Source: Bugula neritina (lineage: Eukaryota > Animalia > Bryozoa). From it: a DNA stretch of 64,000 nucleotides. Both the position numbers and the translations under genes were made by a program. Below, piece after piece: positions 1-14,600 of the stretch. The first letter of the stretch is position 1. Every line of letters starts with the position of its first letter. The notes below the pieces were generated by a model. It did not search any database. It worked only from the letters and a program-made list of their open reading frames with translations, and was not told the DNA's origin. The DNA lies in contig OZ037767.1 of the NCBI GenBank assembly GCA_964035545.1, positions 28,784,628 to 28,848,627 on the forward strand, read 5' to 3'.

Positions 1-1360
1 TAATTACTATTACTATTAGTATTACTATTACTATTAAGTATTAGTATTAGACTTAGTATTAGTATCATTATTATTATGATCCATTATTCATTACACTTAC
101 AGTAACACCAACACTGGCAACAGTGTAACTACAAGTACTCACTACTACTACTACTACTAGTACTACTACTAGTAGTTGTACTCAAGTAAATGTACTGATA
201 CTCATAGTCATACCCATAGTCATGCTGATAGTGATACTCATACTCATACTGATACTCAGTATGAGTATCACTGAGTGATACTCAGTATGAGTATCACTGA
301 GTGATACTCAGTATGAGTATCACTGAGTGATACTCATAGTCATACGGATTGTGATACTCACTCCCATAGTTAATGTTATACTGATACTGCTTCTCATACT
401 GATACTTATTGATACTGATAGTGACTGTGATATTCTAATTCATAAATCATATTGATATTCATATTCTACTTACTTTATAGTTGCTATTAAGTTTAATTTA
501 ATATCAAAATCTAAACAGCTTTTATTTTCGTTTTTACTCCTTCATTTTAATAAAAAAAATTTATTTGTTATTGATGTTTTAGTCTCAACTCACTGACAGC
601 TGTGCAATTTTCTTTTTTGATAGTTTTAGTTATTTTGTGGTTCAGTCTGAGTCTGCTCTAAAATAAGGCCTTGACTAAAAATTTCCTTTTCATTTCTGTA
701 GCCTGGTTTTAGCCATGGTACTATTGATGCTCACAATAACAGTCATAATCATCATGCAAATTATAATTAAATATTTCAAATTTAATATTGAGTGGTTGTA
801 AAGTAAAAACCCAATAATGGTAATTTAGAACTAAAACTTAGCTAGTAGAACCAACAGTAACCGAAACTAAACTAAAGTGCAACCCTATGACTAACTTTGA
901 ACGATCCTTATCTATGCACTCTAGCCAACATACTTGTGCATTACTTGCTAATACATTGACATACAATAATCATAACAAAACTCTATGACTGAGTTTCAGT
1001 GATAATACTCCGGATTTTAAAGTGTAGATTTTAGTTAATTTTTGAGGAAAATGGCTGTAATAACAGATCTATTGTGATTATGTTTATTATTATTGTAACA
1101 ATCAATACACTCTGTAGGACTATGAAGATATTCCCTTTATGTTGAGTGAATGAAAATTTTGATATTAATAGTTTGATTTTCATCAAACCTAATATTAAAA
1201 CCAAATGATGTAGACCTATATATTAGAAAACAAAAAGAAGCAAACTATCTTATGGAACTGATCAAAGACTGGAAGTTTCTTGTTTTTATGAATATTTTTA
1301 TTGAGTATCCAGTCAAACTATTGCTTAATGGTGTTGAATAAATACTTTCAAGCAACAGTG

Positions 1361-3331
1361 ATGTTCAGAAAGTCCCCAAAGACCGAAGTAGCTAATCCAA
1401 CCTCAACTAATAGACTGCAAAAAGATTATTGTCGATTGCTTAAAGATCCTGTGCCATATGTAGTAGCTTGTCCAAAATCTGATAATATACTAGAATGGTA
1501 AGGCAAAGTTGTATCAGCTAACATATTATATTTTGTAGTGTCTTATTGTAGTTGTTTTGAACTGTATTAATATTCTTACTTTAATTATTTGACAAAGTTT
1601 AATATAATAAAATAACTTGATGGAACTTTTGAGTGAAACATATGCTCTTTACTATATTGCCAGGCATTATGTGTTGGCTGGACCACCTGACACTCCTTAC
1701 GATGGTGGCTACTATCATGGTAAACTGTTATTCCCAGCGGAATACCCATTTAAACCACCGAGTATTTATATGATAACTCCTAGTGGAAGATTTGTATGTG
1801 ATACTAGACTTTGCCTATCAATGAGTGACTATCACCCCGAGTCTTGGAATCCTTCGTGGTCGACGTCAACCCTTCTAGTTGGTCTGCTTAGTTTTATGGC
1901 AAGTTGTAACCCATCTTCTTGAATATAACTTTAGTTCTTTTTCTAATATAGTATGTGATCTTAGTTCTTTATGTAATATAATATGTGATCTTAGTTTAAT
2001 GCTAATATAAGTTTAGTTATGCAGTAATATTCTGCTTAATATCGATTTTATTTTAGTCTAGCCAGAATTCATTCTGAATGTTTATTGAATATTTGTAGCT
2101 TGAAGAGTCAAGTGCCATCGGCTCAATGAAGTCTGACGACGATACGGTAAGTTTGTTTATTATCACATAATAAGATATGTCTATAGACAGGCCTTCACAG
2201 ATTACAATACACAGACCTCTCACTGTTTCCATTTTTACTTGATTTAGAAAAGAGAGCTGGCTAAGAAAAGTATGGAGTACAATCTTGCTAACCCTGAGTT
2301 CTGTCAACTATTCCCTGACCTATGTTCGGTACGCACGCACCTATCAGCTACATAGATCTGCTTCCAATTGACTGTTAATAGTATGCTAATGCATCCTCAC
2401 TACTTTCTGTGTATTGTATTATGAGTATGATACCTATCTGAGGTTTAGCTTAGATTATTGTATGTAGAGTGTCGGAGCGTGTGCAAAACTACTGTTTGCT
2501 TTGAATTTTAAGTTATATGGAATAATTGTAGCAGGTAAAAGTAATTGTGTTCTTTACCCAAACTTGGAGCAATTGGAAACTTATGAAAATGCCCATCTTT
2601 GCGCATAAATGACAGTGCTCAGGTCAAGAATAAGAGAGATAGAAGTCTTTTTGTTAGTGCTATAGTTACCCTGAGTGACATGCTACTAGTCACTAGCTCT
2701 AAGAGTCACTAGTAGTAGTAACTAGTAATAGCCATTAGTAGTAGTTGATAGTAATGGTTGCTATTAGAAGTAGTCGTTAATAATAATCATTAGTAATTGT
2801 TGCTGGTTACTGGTGACTAGTGTAGTAGTTATTAGTGGTAAAACTAAATTGTTTTATTACAAGTGGTTAGAGTTGTTGACATGAAGCTTATTAGTTATTG
2901 GTGGAATGTTTTAAGCAATGCTATTTATTACAGGATAAATATTTTGCATCTTTATTGACATGCAGTCTAAATCATAAAATGACCATCTTCCAGGTGAAAT
3001 CATATGAGAATAGAAGTATGTTTAGTTATGAAATGTCTAACAATAAGAATGAGCATTTTTGAAAAGTTTGCAACACCTGCTGTAGTCAGATAAGATTTGA
3101 CTAAACGCATTTACAGCTTTCTGCACACAGTTACAAGCTAAATAGACTAAGGATACCTGCGGTGTACAGATAGAACTTGAGCTACGATTTCTCACCCGAT
3201 AATTAGTGGTACCTGGTGTGCTTAATATGCAGCGATACTATTTATGCCCTACTAACCTGCCGGGTGTTTTCTAGGAACTTAGTGAGAATAGTGATGAGGA
3301 AGAGAAGCCCAAGTCAGATGAAGAAAACTGA
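1361..3331 (+). CDS. UBE2J2: Ubiquitin-conjugating enzyme E2 J2 (Ubc6)-like, paralog A; 5 coding exons; short acidic C-terminus with no transmembrane anchor
   Basis: Exons 1361-1497, 1664-1898, 2099-2146, 2248-2328 and 3275-3331 join in frame. Motifs [54 protein letters not shown] and [20 protein letters not shown] (catalytic Cys intact). Internal exon sizes (235, 48, 81 nt) equal those of paralog B. The last exon is inferred from its acceptor and phase. Confidence 0.88.
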
Positions 3332-5892
3332 TTTCTGTGTGAAACAATCATTTGTTATTCTGCTCTGTTATATTTCCTGCATTTTGTGAGACGTGGAAAT
3401 GAAATCTCAAGGAGTCATTGAACAGAAATATATATATCAGGTTATTTGTGATTTATTTTGTATCAATATACCTATGTAACTTTTAAGTATCTTCTGTAAA
3501 CCATTTTATATTTATTTCAATATATAATATATTATATAATATAGTGTGTGTGACGCTGCTAGTCATCCGGTGATATCGAGACATATTTTTAACTGAATTT
3601 GTATTTTATCCATTTGAGTGTGATTTTATATGTGGCATATATGTAATAGTTAAGTAGATGTGTGTGTATATACATAATATGCACACTAATATTTACATAT
3701 ATTTTGAAAGTTCTGTTACTTTACTTGATAGAAAATAAACTGCCCCATCCTCATTGTATTACATTAATTTTTATTTTATATGTTAAACAATTGCAAATTT
3801 GAAATGTGCTCCTGTTATCGATGACCCTGATTGTATAAATTCATTATTCAACAGCATCACTCATGCTCATACTTTGGCTGGCAGTTTTTTACGAAATAAT
3901 TCAGGTAATGCTAAAAAAAACTCTTGACTAGATAAACAGGTTGATTTTATGATGTTGTTGCTTTGGTAAATTGATAACTGTACATGTTGTAATCTAGACA
4001 TTTTGATGAAGGAACTTGGTGAGCAAATAGTTTGAACAACATTGTATCGCTTTTGGTAAACCATAGAGCTCCAGTAGTGAGAGCAATCATAAGTTGGTAG
4101 TTTTGGAAACTGCAAACAACTATTTTAAAGTTGAGATGATGCAACGTGTAAAAATACGATTTCATCAGGCAACTTTGAGTTGGATAACTCCGGAACTGTA
4201 AAGGGCCAGAGTTTCGGGGAGATAACTCGATTAGCATTACAATAGAATACTCAAAGTTATTTACAGAATCAGAAACGTCATTTCCCTCATCAGCTATCAA
4301 CAATTCTAGTAGTAGTTGAAACTCAATAGTCATCTTCTTTGTGGTGTTGTTATTGTTATTTCAAATATGTTTATAATTATGAAGTAATATTGTTGATAGT
4401 AAGAGTTACATGTTGTATAGCTATTCTTAATAATAAAATGAAATTATAATATAGCAATATAATGCCTATCAGTATGAGTATGAGTTCAACTTATACTCTA
4501 TGTTTTACTTTAACTTTAAAATTAAGTTTAACATTAAGTTTAACTTTAAGTTTAAGTTAAACTTACAGTTACTGACTTACTCACAGTGACAGTCAGTGTC
4601 ACTCTGACACTCAGTGTGAGAGTCACAGTGAATCAGTGGCTGTGGGAGAGTATGACTCTCAGCCTCACCTATGGCTATTTGGATTCCGTTTTTGGCCATT
4701 CTTAAAGTTAATCCGATCAGTATCTGTTTGACTTTGAGTTTCACTATCATGATCTCCAAGTCTATGGGTATGGTTACACTAGATCTAATAGTAATGTTAG
4801 CAATTGTAATACTAGTACTATTACTTATAGTTATAGTTATACTAATACTAATAGTTCTAGTAATACTAAAACTAATGCTAATAGTAATACTAATAGTAAT
4901 AATAATATATTTAGTACTACTCTAAGACTAATGGTAATAGTAATACTAATACTTATAAGTAATCATTACTTTTGCTTATAAGTTATAAATATAAGTTAAT
5001 GTTGTAGTTGAACGTGATGTAACGCTTGCAGTTAATGTTATACTCATAGTAATACTTATGCTTCTAGTTTTGACTTAGTTTTATGAGTAGGCTATGAGTT
5101 ATGACTTAGACTATCAGTATGAGTATTACTATGAGTATGGTTCACACCATGACTACCCTTTGACCTATGGGCTATGACTATGGGTATAACCAAGTTTAGA
5201 AGTAAATACCTTATACTATTGGTAATTGCATCACTAGAAATATATAATTAGAAATATATGTTAACAATAATGAAACACAATTAATTTAATAGCTGAAACC
5301 AAGCCTGCTAATGGTAATTAGTAATAGAGTAATACGGAATCTAATAGTTGTAATATCATGGACCATAAAAATCAATAGGTTTTCATAAAGATGAAATTAA
5401 ACTTAGCTTTAAAATTTAAGTACAACAGTAATTGAAATTTATATAAAAAAAATATTTGTTTTCTATATTACTATTAGTACTACAGTTACTATATCAAACT
5501 TGACCATTTTTGTTAATGAAACTTAAATTTGATGTATTTTTAATGTGTATAATCTTTATTTTGAAATTATTATTCAACTTGGACTAAGCTCACAAGATTT
5601 TCCAACCATAGGCTTAATGAAAGTAAAAAATTTGAATCAGTTTTAAATAATATTAACAGTAATAGTAATCAAATGTAATATATCTAAGTTATTCATATAT
5701 AGATGACTCAAGGTATAATTATAAATTGTATTTCTATCTAATGTGATTTCTAAGCTATATCACTCACGCCAGTGGATTGAAACTAAAAAGAAAATGTAAT
5801 TGTATAGGTATTTGGCGTAGTCGTAAGTACCCAATGACAAATAAAAGTAATGTAGCCTTTTGTCTCATACGCAGTACTCTTTATAAAGTAAA

Positions 5893-8013
5893 ATGGCAAC
5901 CAAAACAGTTCGAAAGCGAGCAGCGCCCACCACCGCTAGTCAGAGGTTGAAACAGGATTACATGAGATTAATGAAAGATCCCGTGCCATATATCATAGCA
6001 GCACCCAAAATGGATAACATACTAGAATGGTAAAGCTTGCTATATTGCTACTGAAATATATTCGCCATCAAGTTATTAAAGTTTTAAAATATAATTATTT
6101 TCCATGATAAATAGAGATAATATCAAATATTTGCTGACAATATTTCTAATAAACCTAAATATAGAGGAACTGATATAAGGTTTTATATTGGTAGGCATTA
6201 CGTAGTAGCTGGGCCTGAGAATTCTCCATACCAAGGTGGGTATTACCATGGCAAGTTGGTCTTTCCTCAGCAGTACCCATTCAAACCCCCATCAATACTA
6301 ATGATGACACCTAATGGCAGGTTCAAGTGCAACACTAGGCTGTGTCTATCTATTAGCGACTTTCACCCAGACACATGGAACCCGGCCTGGTCGGTTTCTA
6401 CCATATTGACGGGACTTCTCAGTTTTATGGTAGCTACTCACTCAATTTGTTCTAGTCTTGGTCAAAGTTAATTTGAAATTAGTTTAACGTTATTCCCAAA
6501 ATAAATATTCCATAAACTGCAAATAGTTTTGGATAAGTGAATTAGGCAGTTTAAGTAAAAAATATGAAACACTATATTAACGTTTTAATTGCTTTCAAGA
6601 TAGTGTGTTATCTACTCTCTACAATGCTATATAGATCAATTTCTCAAGTGAAATTGAGAAATTTGCTGTGAAAATGCTTATCAATTAAATTGTTTCGTCT
6701 TGTTTGGTTTTGGAGCCTATGTATTTTTAACTTGGTATGTGTGTACAGCTTCATAGATGAGACTGCTTCATTACTCTACTAAATAAATGTACAAAATATA
6801 CGTATTGTTTTCTTTATTTATCAAAGTTGTCTTCTTTTTAGTTGGAAGATCAACCAACTTTGGGAAGTGTAACAACTACAAAAGAAGTGGTATGTATGTA
6901 CAAATGTAGATAATTTATTATTAAATTGCAGGTACTTTTACAGGTGTACACAGGTTTCAAATATCTTCTAGTGACTGGCCAATGAATATGGTTTGTTACT
7001 GTTGGGGAATTTATGCTCACTAAAATACTACTATTTTAAGATTGAAATTGTGATTACTGAAGTTGACTATGATTGCATGGATGGTTTTAGAAAATGTATT
7101 ATGGGATCAACAATACAACATGACAGATACACTCCACTGTGTTATGTTTAATCTGAATAAAGTATGAGTTTTCTCTGCTTGTATGTATATACATTCTCAA
7201 ACTGCTGATTGTAGAAAAGGACATATGCTATACAGAGTCTGTCATTCAATCTAGGGAACCAAACATTTTGTGAACTATTCCCGGAACTGGCACAGGTACT
7301 GTAGAAATACTTGATTGAGACACAAGAGCAATTAACTGTATTGAACCACTGAAAAAGTTATAGCTTATAGTGAAACTGCCATTATCTAATTTTTTAAAAT
7401 TATCTATAATATAGCCAACACTTACAATCATTCTACTCAGAATTACAATTGTTATTGTTCAAACTGATCAATTTCAAAGCCTTACTATTGAAATTGTAAG
7501 GCTTTGAATATTCCATATTGCGAAAAAATGTTGATTTTTTACTTATTCTTTGTGCTGCCAACAGCTAAAACACTCAGAAATTACAGGCTGTAGGATTGTT
7601 TGGGTAGTAGACATCTTTCAAGACTACTACCTGCATCTAATATAAAAAAAAATACCTAACTCCCGTCTATTATTTTGAGAGCATTTTATTCATTAAAAGC
7701 TTCAGTGATTTCAAGGCAGAAACCTTTGCTCTCAGCAAATCAAATACATTATTACTCAGTAGAGTGATAGACATGAGGCACCTCATACATCTTATAGTTG
7801 TCTTCACAGGAATTACGTGAAGAATTAGTTGCAAGAGCTCAGGATGCTGAGAGAATGATGGCCACAGCAGCAGGAGAGCCAACTTTGAAGACACCAACAA
7901 CCCTCACTGCTGGTAATGGGTCTATAATGAATCACGTTGTGCTGCTGGGTGCCTTGGCTGTGTTGGCATACCTGGCACACACGGTCATAAACACTCAAGA
8001 TTTTAATGGATAG
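5893..8013 (+). CDS. UBE2J2: Ubiquitin-conjugating enzyme E2 J2 (Ubc6), canonical tail-anchored paralog B; 5 coding exons
   Basis: Exons 5893-6029, 6195-6429, 6842-6889, 7215-7295 and 7810-8013, all [42 protein letters not shown] is near-identical to UBE2J2 as recalled. C-terminal hydrophobic helix [18 protein letters not shown]. Confidence 0.95.
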
Positions 8014-8641
8014 CTTATATCTTTAGAAGTATGAAATTAATAGTTCTTTAGAGTCCTTATATTTTTTTGGTAAACTTTATTTGAAATAGATCTGAAGATC
8101 TGGTACAATTCTATTTTATTGAGAAAACCGTGAGTGAAACTATTTTAGTCAAGTTAAAGTTACATCACCTACCTTGACTATAGCATTCAGTTGCAAAGAC
8201 ATTTAGATACAAAGACAAATATTTGCTACTGGTATATTATGTTGACACGTTACTGTGTATGTATTGCTCAAAAAGGACACAGATTTAGAGTTCCATATTT
8301 TGCATAGTTACATATTTTATTTCAAATGCTGCAAATAACCATAGTAATACACAAGATTTTTATAGCTTGCTTTTTAGTCAACCTGACTTATTTTAGTACT
8401 TCATAAGCATATAGTGAAATAAATATATATATATAATAAATAATTATAAAGCCTTCGAAATATTTTAAATACATAAAACAAGGCTAAAATCAGATAGCTG
8501 CTTTGTACACAAGTGCTTAAAATCAAATCACTAAAATGTTTTACATGGACGGATATACATTTGCTGAATAACCTTGTTTCAATTGCTTCTGTAAAGAGTT
8601 TGCAAGCAAAAGTTACTAGAGAATCTGTTAGAATCCAAATT

Positions 8642-11600
8642 TTATTTGTTGTCTGGACTTTTGGCTTTCTGTGACTCTGTAGGTTTGTTTTGAGGTGCTT
8701 TTTGTTGGTTTTGGTGCACATCTGGTGGTGCAGCTTCAGACTCGGAAGTAGCTGAATGAAAATAAAACCAAATGTATCATTAAGAGAAACCCCTCCCCAA
8801 CACATTGCAGAACATTTTATCTCCAACATATTTAGAATGCTGGGCCTGTTTTGGTCTCAAAATTGATTCATACCTGCAGCAGTTAAAGCTGATTGCATTA
8901 GTTGTGCCACAGTTTCAGATGCTGCCAGCTGTGTCATAGACTCCACATGCTGACTGTTCAACTCATCTAGTTTGTTGAACAGTTCCAGACGTTCTCTTGC
9001 CAAGGTATCGTCATTGCTACTGGTCGAATCATTTGCTCCCCTGCTGGTCGTATTTCTGAAACAACCCAGTTGAACTACTACTACCAACACGGATAAGGAA
9101 GTGCTGGTTTTATTGTAAAATCTAAGCAAGTCTGTAAACCATAGTTCCCGGAATACAGCCTCCAATCCCATGGATAAGCCCTTTGAGGAACACTGAGTAA
9201 CCACATTTGTTCTTGACTTTTCCAATGACTAGCAATAATAACTTCCAAGTGTTTAAAGCAAGAATTCACCAATTCTCAACAACTTTCTAATAAATGCCCT
9301 AGCAGCTATTACAGTATTGAAATGCCACCTTTACATAAACAATGAGCTGATAAATACAGCCTAGCACATGCTGGAGACTCACTCTAAATACAGTGTAGTT
9401 TCCTTACAGTCTTCCAGCTCATTGTTATCAGCTGCCTCCAATGTGTGACTCACTGAAGATGAGTCATGCACCGTTTCTCCATTAGCTGACTTTTCAGGTG
9501 AAAAGAGTTTTCTTGTGGCTCTCTGTTTCAACAGCTGCAAGTCGGCATTGGTCATGTGATCACAGTGCTGCGCATCTGCACTACCCCCATCCTGGTGCAG
9601 AGGAATATTGGAATTGTATTTCGTACAACAATATCAGCATATCACGCATTATAGATGGCACGCTCCTCCTGCACACCTTGTAGACATTTGAAAATGCGTT
9701 CACAGTGTGCTAAAGGATGCTTTAGTGTGCTAACAAGTATGCCAGACTACAAGGGTACACAATGGAGGTAAAAATATTGAATTTAAGGTTTAATTGGCAC
9801 CATTCACTCAATTATTGGCTTAAAGTTTATAGCTAATTAGATATTCAGCTGCTAGGAAAAAGTGTTCATTTAGTATGATATAACGAGTGCATTATTGATA
9901 AAAAATAAATTACAAAATTTGACAAACTTAGAAGATTAGCTAATATATTTTAGTTTCAACGAAAAATTATGCTGGTTACTTTAGAAATAGTGGATGGGAA
10001 AGACTTGAGTTCCCCAACTTGAGAATAACTCCAGTCACTTCTACTAGTAGCCTGAGTGTGATCAGTTGCGGAGGCATTATACACAGCCCACTTCCTCTCT
10101 ACACCAGAAACTCGGGCTTGGAGTCGTGCTATCTCTGCTTCCTGTTATATTAACATCAATAAATTTCAAAATAATAAATTGGTCGATGATTGATATACTT
10201 GATAATTCATGAATAATACTTACAATACGATCTACAAACACACCTTCAGACATACTATATAAAATATTATTTATACACACCTTGATAACTACAGCCTCGT
10301 TGGCATTCTTCACCAGCTCCAGACGTCTGCTCAGCTCATCTCTCAACTGCTGACACTGATCCTGGCTGAGCTGTAACTGCCGCATCAACTGTTTCTCTCT
10401 TTTCTCTAGCTCTCGCACTCGACTCTCGTGCTTTTTCTCTAGTTCCTGTTTCATTTCGATAAAGTTTTCTTGTGCATCTTCCAATCTGGATACAGAGATA
10501 AGAGTAATAGTCTAGACTGGCCAGCTACACATAGGTGCCTGGCTCCAGAGAATGGTTGTGGTAATTGTTGGTTGAAGTAAGAGCATCAATTTGTAATATA
10601 ATCATCTTTAATCAGCAGAGGTACCCATGAGCCTACTCAGTGAGTGAATTTTGACTGATACTGTAAATCACTAACACACTACACTTTCTTCTGATACTGT
10701 AACATCACTTACACATCAGACTCACTATTAATACTGTACGTTACTCATACACTTACTATTGAGACCGGCATTTACACATATACTATGGTGTTACCTGGCA
10801 ATCTCCTTATGATGCTGCAACTGCAGCTCCTCGAGTTCCCTCCTCGCACCTTCCAGACTCTCAGACTTCCCAAACTGACTCTGTTCACAGGAGGCCAGAC
10901 GTTGCTCCAGCTTGTATGTCGTATCCAGGTAGGCCTGCCACGAGATCCACAAAAATGTCATAGTCCATCTCAGACTTATAAAAAAGTTAATTCAAAATCA
11001 AGTCAATGATTAGTCCAATCAAGTAAATGATTAGTCCAATCCATAAACATTTAAATCATGCCTAAGCCAAGTAATTAGTTGAGTAACTTTAAAGTCTTGC
11101 ATAAAAGTCAAAACCTATGGTATTCAACTGAGTATTTACGCAGATAGTTGTTTGCGTCATAAAGCAGTTAAATTCCCAAAAAAAAATAATATAGGAGCTC
11201 TAAGAGCAGCTATGATTATTTAATAAGAAGCGACCAGTGTATTGAAACCTAATAAACCTCAAAGAACACATCAAGGTAATATGAATAATGCGCCATCACT
11301 TCCGTATAAAAATACCTGCAACTCTTGTTTAGATTGGTTGTATTTCTCTAGCATAGTTTCTCTTTCAATCTTTGTTTCGGTCAATTCAAACTGCAAATGT
11401 TCCACTTCAGCTCTGTATTTTCTTATCAACTCACTATTAAAAGTTAGAAAATAACAGTAAAACGTGGGACACAAAGACAATATTCTAGTTGGAGCAACAA
11501 ACAAGAGATGTTTTCAGTACCAACTTCTGTAAGAATCTAACGATAAAGTTGATTTTAGTAAGTTAGGGGGCTATTTTATTTCAAACTTGGTTTGAAAGCA

Positions 11601-14600
11601 GCAAAAAATTAATTGTGAGATGTTTACCTTTACATGAGCAATGAATGCCCACCATGATACTCAGTTGAAACATAAATACCAAGGAGAAGTGTTCCTTGCA
11701 ATCAGCCAACATGTACTGAGCAGAAGAGAAACAAACATACTTTTTAGCCTCCGTTTCTTCAGTTTGAGTAGAAAGACCTTGAAGAAGCCCCGAAGATTTT
11801 GCTTCTAGTCCATTTAATCTCTCCTCAAGATCACAGACTTTCTTGGATTTCTCTTGTAAATCCGAGTGGAGTTTTTGAACATCAGCTTGGGAGGCAGCAA
11901 GTTCTGTCTGCCTGGCGTTTAGTTCATTAGCTGTCTGTGTCAGTTCATTGCGCAACACTTGTATCTACGGGAGGAAGGTGAAGTGTACTAAACTGTACAC
12001 ACAGTACTCGTACAAGTATAACAGATTTACAAGCAAAATACTTGTGTACGGGTAAGTGAATGTGAAAATAAAACTTTTCTATCAACTGCAAAGAAAAATT
12101 TGATTACCTGTCGTAATCAATAGCAAAAGTTTCCTCTAATTTTGAAGTTATAAAATTGAAAGTATATAGATAGATTAAATGAGGTCTTAATGAATTTTTG
12201 AGTTTCATAAGTTATAAATTCTACAAAAATTGATTTAGCACAGAACCACACAACTACGGCTACTTTACGGGTTGGTGCACCCACCTCCGCCGTTCTTTGG
12301 TCACGGTCTTTCTGGCACTGCGCAAGCTGCTGTGTCGTGTGCTGGAGTTGAGAGTTCAGCTCACTTCTGTAGCTGCTGATAGTAACGTCTAGCTGTGAGA
12401 CTTGCTGAGCTCGGGATAGGAGTTGCTTCTCCTGACTCCTTATTTGATCTTCCAACTCCTCCGTCTGTGAAAAAAACCCAACAAGAAGTACACATTATTA
12501 TTAGCATTCAGTGGGTTTCAGGTCATAGCCCTAGGTCCACTACTACACATTCCCGGAGGTATGGGTGCTTTAGCCAGCCTTAACATAAAACTAAGAAACA
12601 GCCTAAGAATAATGCAATGCTACCTCAGAGGTTTTACATTTAATCTCTTCATGCGCTTTTGCGAGTGATTTTTCAACTTTTCTCAGCTGACCTTCGAGTG
12701 ACCTCTTCTCTTCCTGAGTGCGAGACAGCGCATCCTGAAACATAACTCGACAGGTAGAGAGTATACAGGTAGAGAGTGAGAGGTAGAGAGTGACAGGTAG
12801 AGAGTGAGAGGTAGAGAGTGAGAGGTAGAGAGTATACAGGTAGAGAGTGACAGTTATAGAGTGACAGGTAGAGAGTGAGAGGTAGAGAGTGAGAGGTAGA
12901 GAGTGAGAGGTAAAGAGTGAGAGGTAGAGAGTGAGAGGTAAAGAGTGACAGGTAGCGAGTACACAGGTAGAGAGTGACAGGTAGATCTCATAAAAACTAC
13001 GGCAACAAACTTTTTAATCATAGAATTCAAATCGAGTAAAACTACACTGGAACCAACAGATAGTGAGCCCGGCTGATGTGAAAATTGCAGAACTTAAGAT
13101 AATTAATAACTAAGCACAGTGCAAGTTACCACAGTGCAGCAGAATCTTTATACTGAACTGATGCATTGAATAGGTAGACCAGTACCTGCAACTCTTCACA
13201 CTGACTCATGGCTGATTTTAAGTCATTTTGGGCTCGCCTGAACTCCCCCTCAAACTGGCTGTTCAACAGGTTGTGATGCTCTAAGTCTAACTCCATTTTC
13301 TGCAGTTTACTTTCAAGAGAGATAACTACAAAGTAAACGAAACAGGTAATTTGTAAATTACAATAATTAGAAAGTAAAGACGACACTGCAAATTATTATG
13401 AATGTAAACTGTAAAAAGCACACAAAATATATGCTATATTTTTCTTTAAAAATATGTCAACATTTTAAATGCAGCTAAATATTTCATTTTAGAAGAAACT
13501 TCATTGAATCTAAGTTATAGAAATATATCATTGAAAACTGAATTATCGCATTAATGGTAGAGTAGCGTACCATCATTATCTCGTTTCTCCAGCATTTCCT
13601 GTTTCTCGTTCATGTCAGCTTCCAACTCCGCCAGCCGACCAATGCGAGACTTATCGGCAGCCGAGCTGTGTGCGAGTTTCTTCTCTAAAGATTCAACCTC
13701 CACCAACAAAGAGCTTCTATCTTTCTCCAAATCTGTAACCTTCACATTAGAAACTGTTTACCTCATATGCCTCGGGGTATTATTTTAAAAATTGAAGTTC
13801 CACAACAACTTCAATTTACTAAGTAAACCTTTTCACCTACAGGTTTTACAGAAGTAATCAAACAAAAACATGTCATAATTTCTTACTTTGTTATACAGTT
13901 GTTCTTCCTTCAACTTCATATGTTCAACTTCTTCCAACGAACATTCCAAGTTATGCTTCAATGTTTCAATTTCCCCCTTGTGTACCAGAGCTACGCGCTT
14001 CAGCGTTTGCTCCATCTCATGAACCTACAGTATACAGTAGTAACATTGGTACATTATACAGTAGTAACATATTATACAGTAGCAACACAGACACATATAC
14101 TCAGACATGTAGTAATGATGTCTAAACTGTACTCAACTAACTAACCACTCACATACCTGAAAGTTAAGAGTAGCGTGCTGTTCCTCCAGCTGACGTACCT
14201 TCCCAGAATCCTCTCGACTCATCTGCTTGTTAGTCTGTAGTTCTTCTATAAGGCGAGACAACTCCACTTCGTAGTCTTGTGCTTTTGTCTGAGATGTTTT
14301 CAGCCTTGCCTGATATTCCTTTATCTGAAGACACCACAAGAAAGCCACTATAAAGCTGAGTTAAACTTCAATACATATTTCTGACTCTACGAACAGTGAA
14401 TAATTATGTTTAAGAATATGTAGTATAGACGGGCAGCTACAATACTTTTAATGTGTTATTCTATTCTACTTTAAATAGTTTATAATATAATGTTTATTTT
14501 ACTGAATAACTCTATAAAAACTAAGTATATTTTAACAATGTGGACAAAAATGCAACATACAAACGCATCTTTTTCATCAAGTTGTGCCTGATATGAGGAT

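Noticed and set aside
4577-4925. Hydrophobic Ile/Leu/Val-rich ORFs resembling membrane proteins (also 21895-22301, 31712-31933, 55672-55962)
   Set aside because: They arise from NTN-periodic low-complexity tracts or minisatellites and have no splice or codon support.
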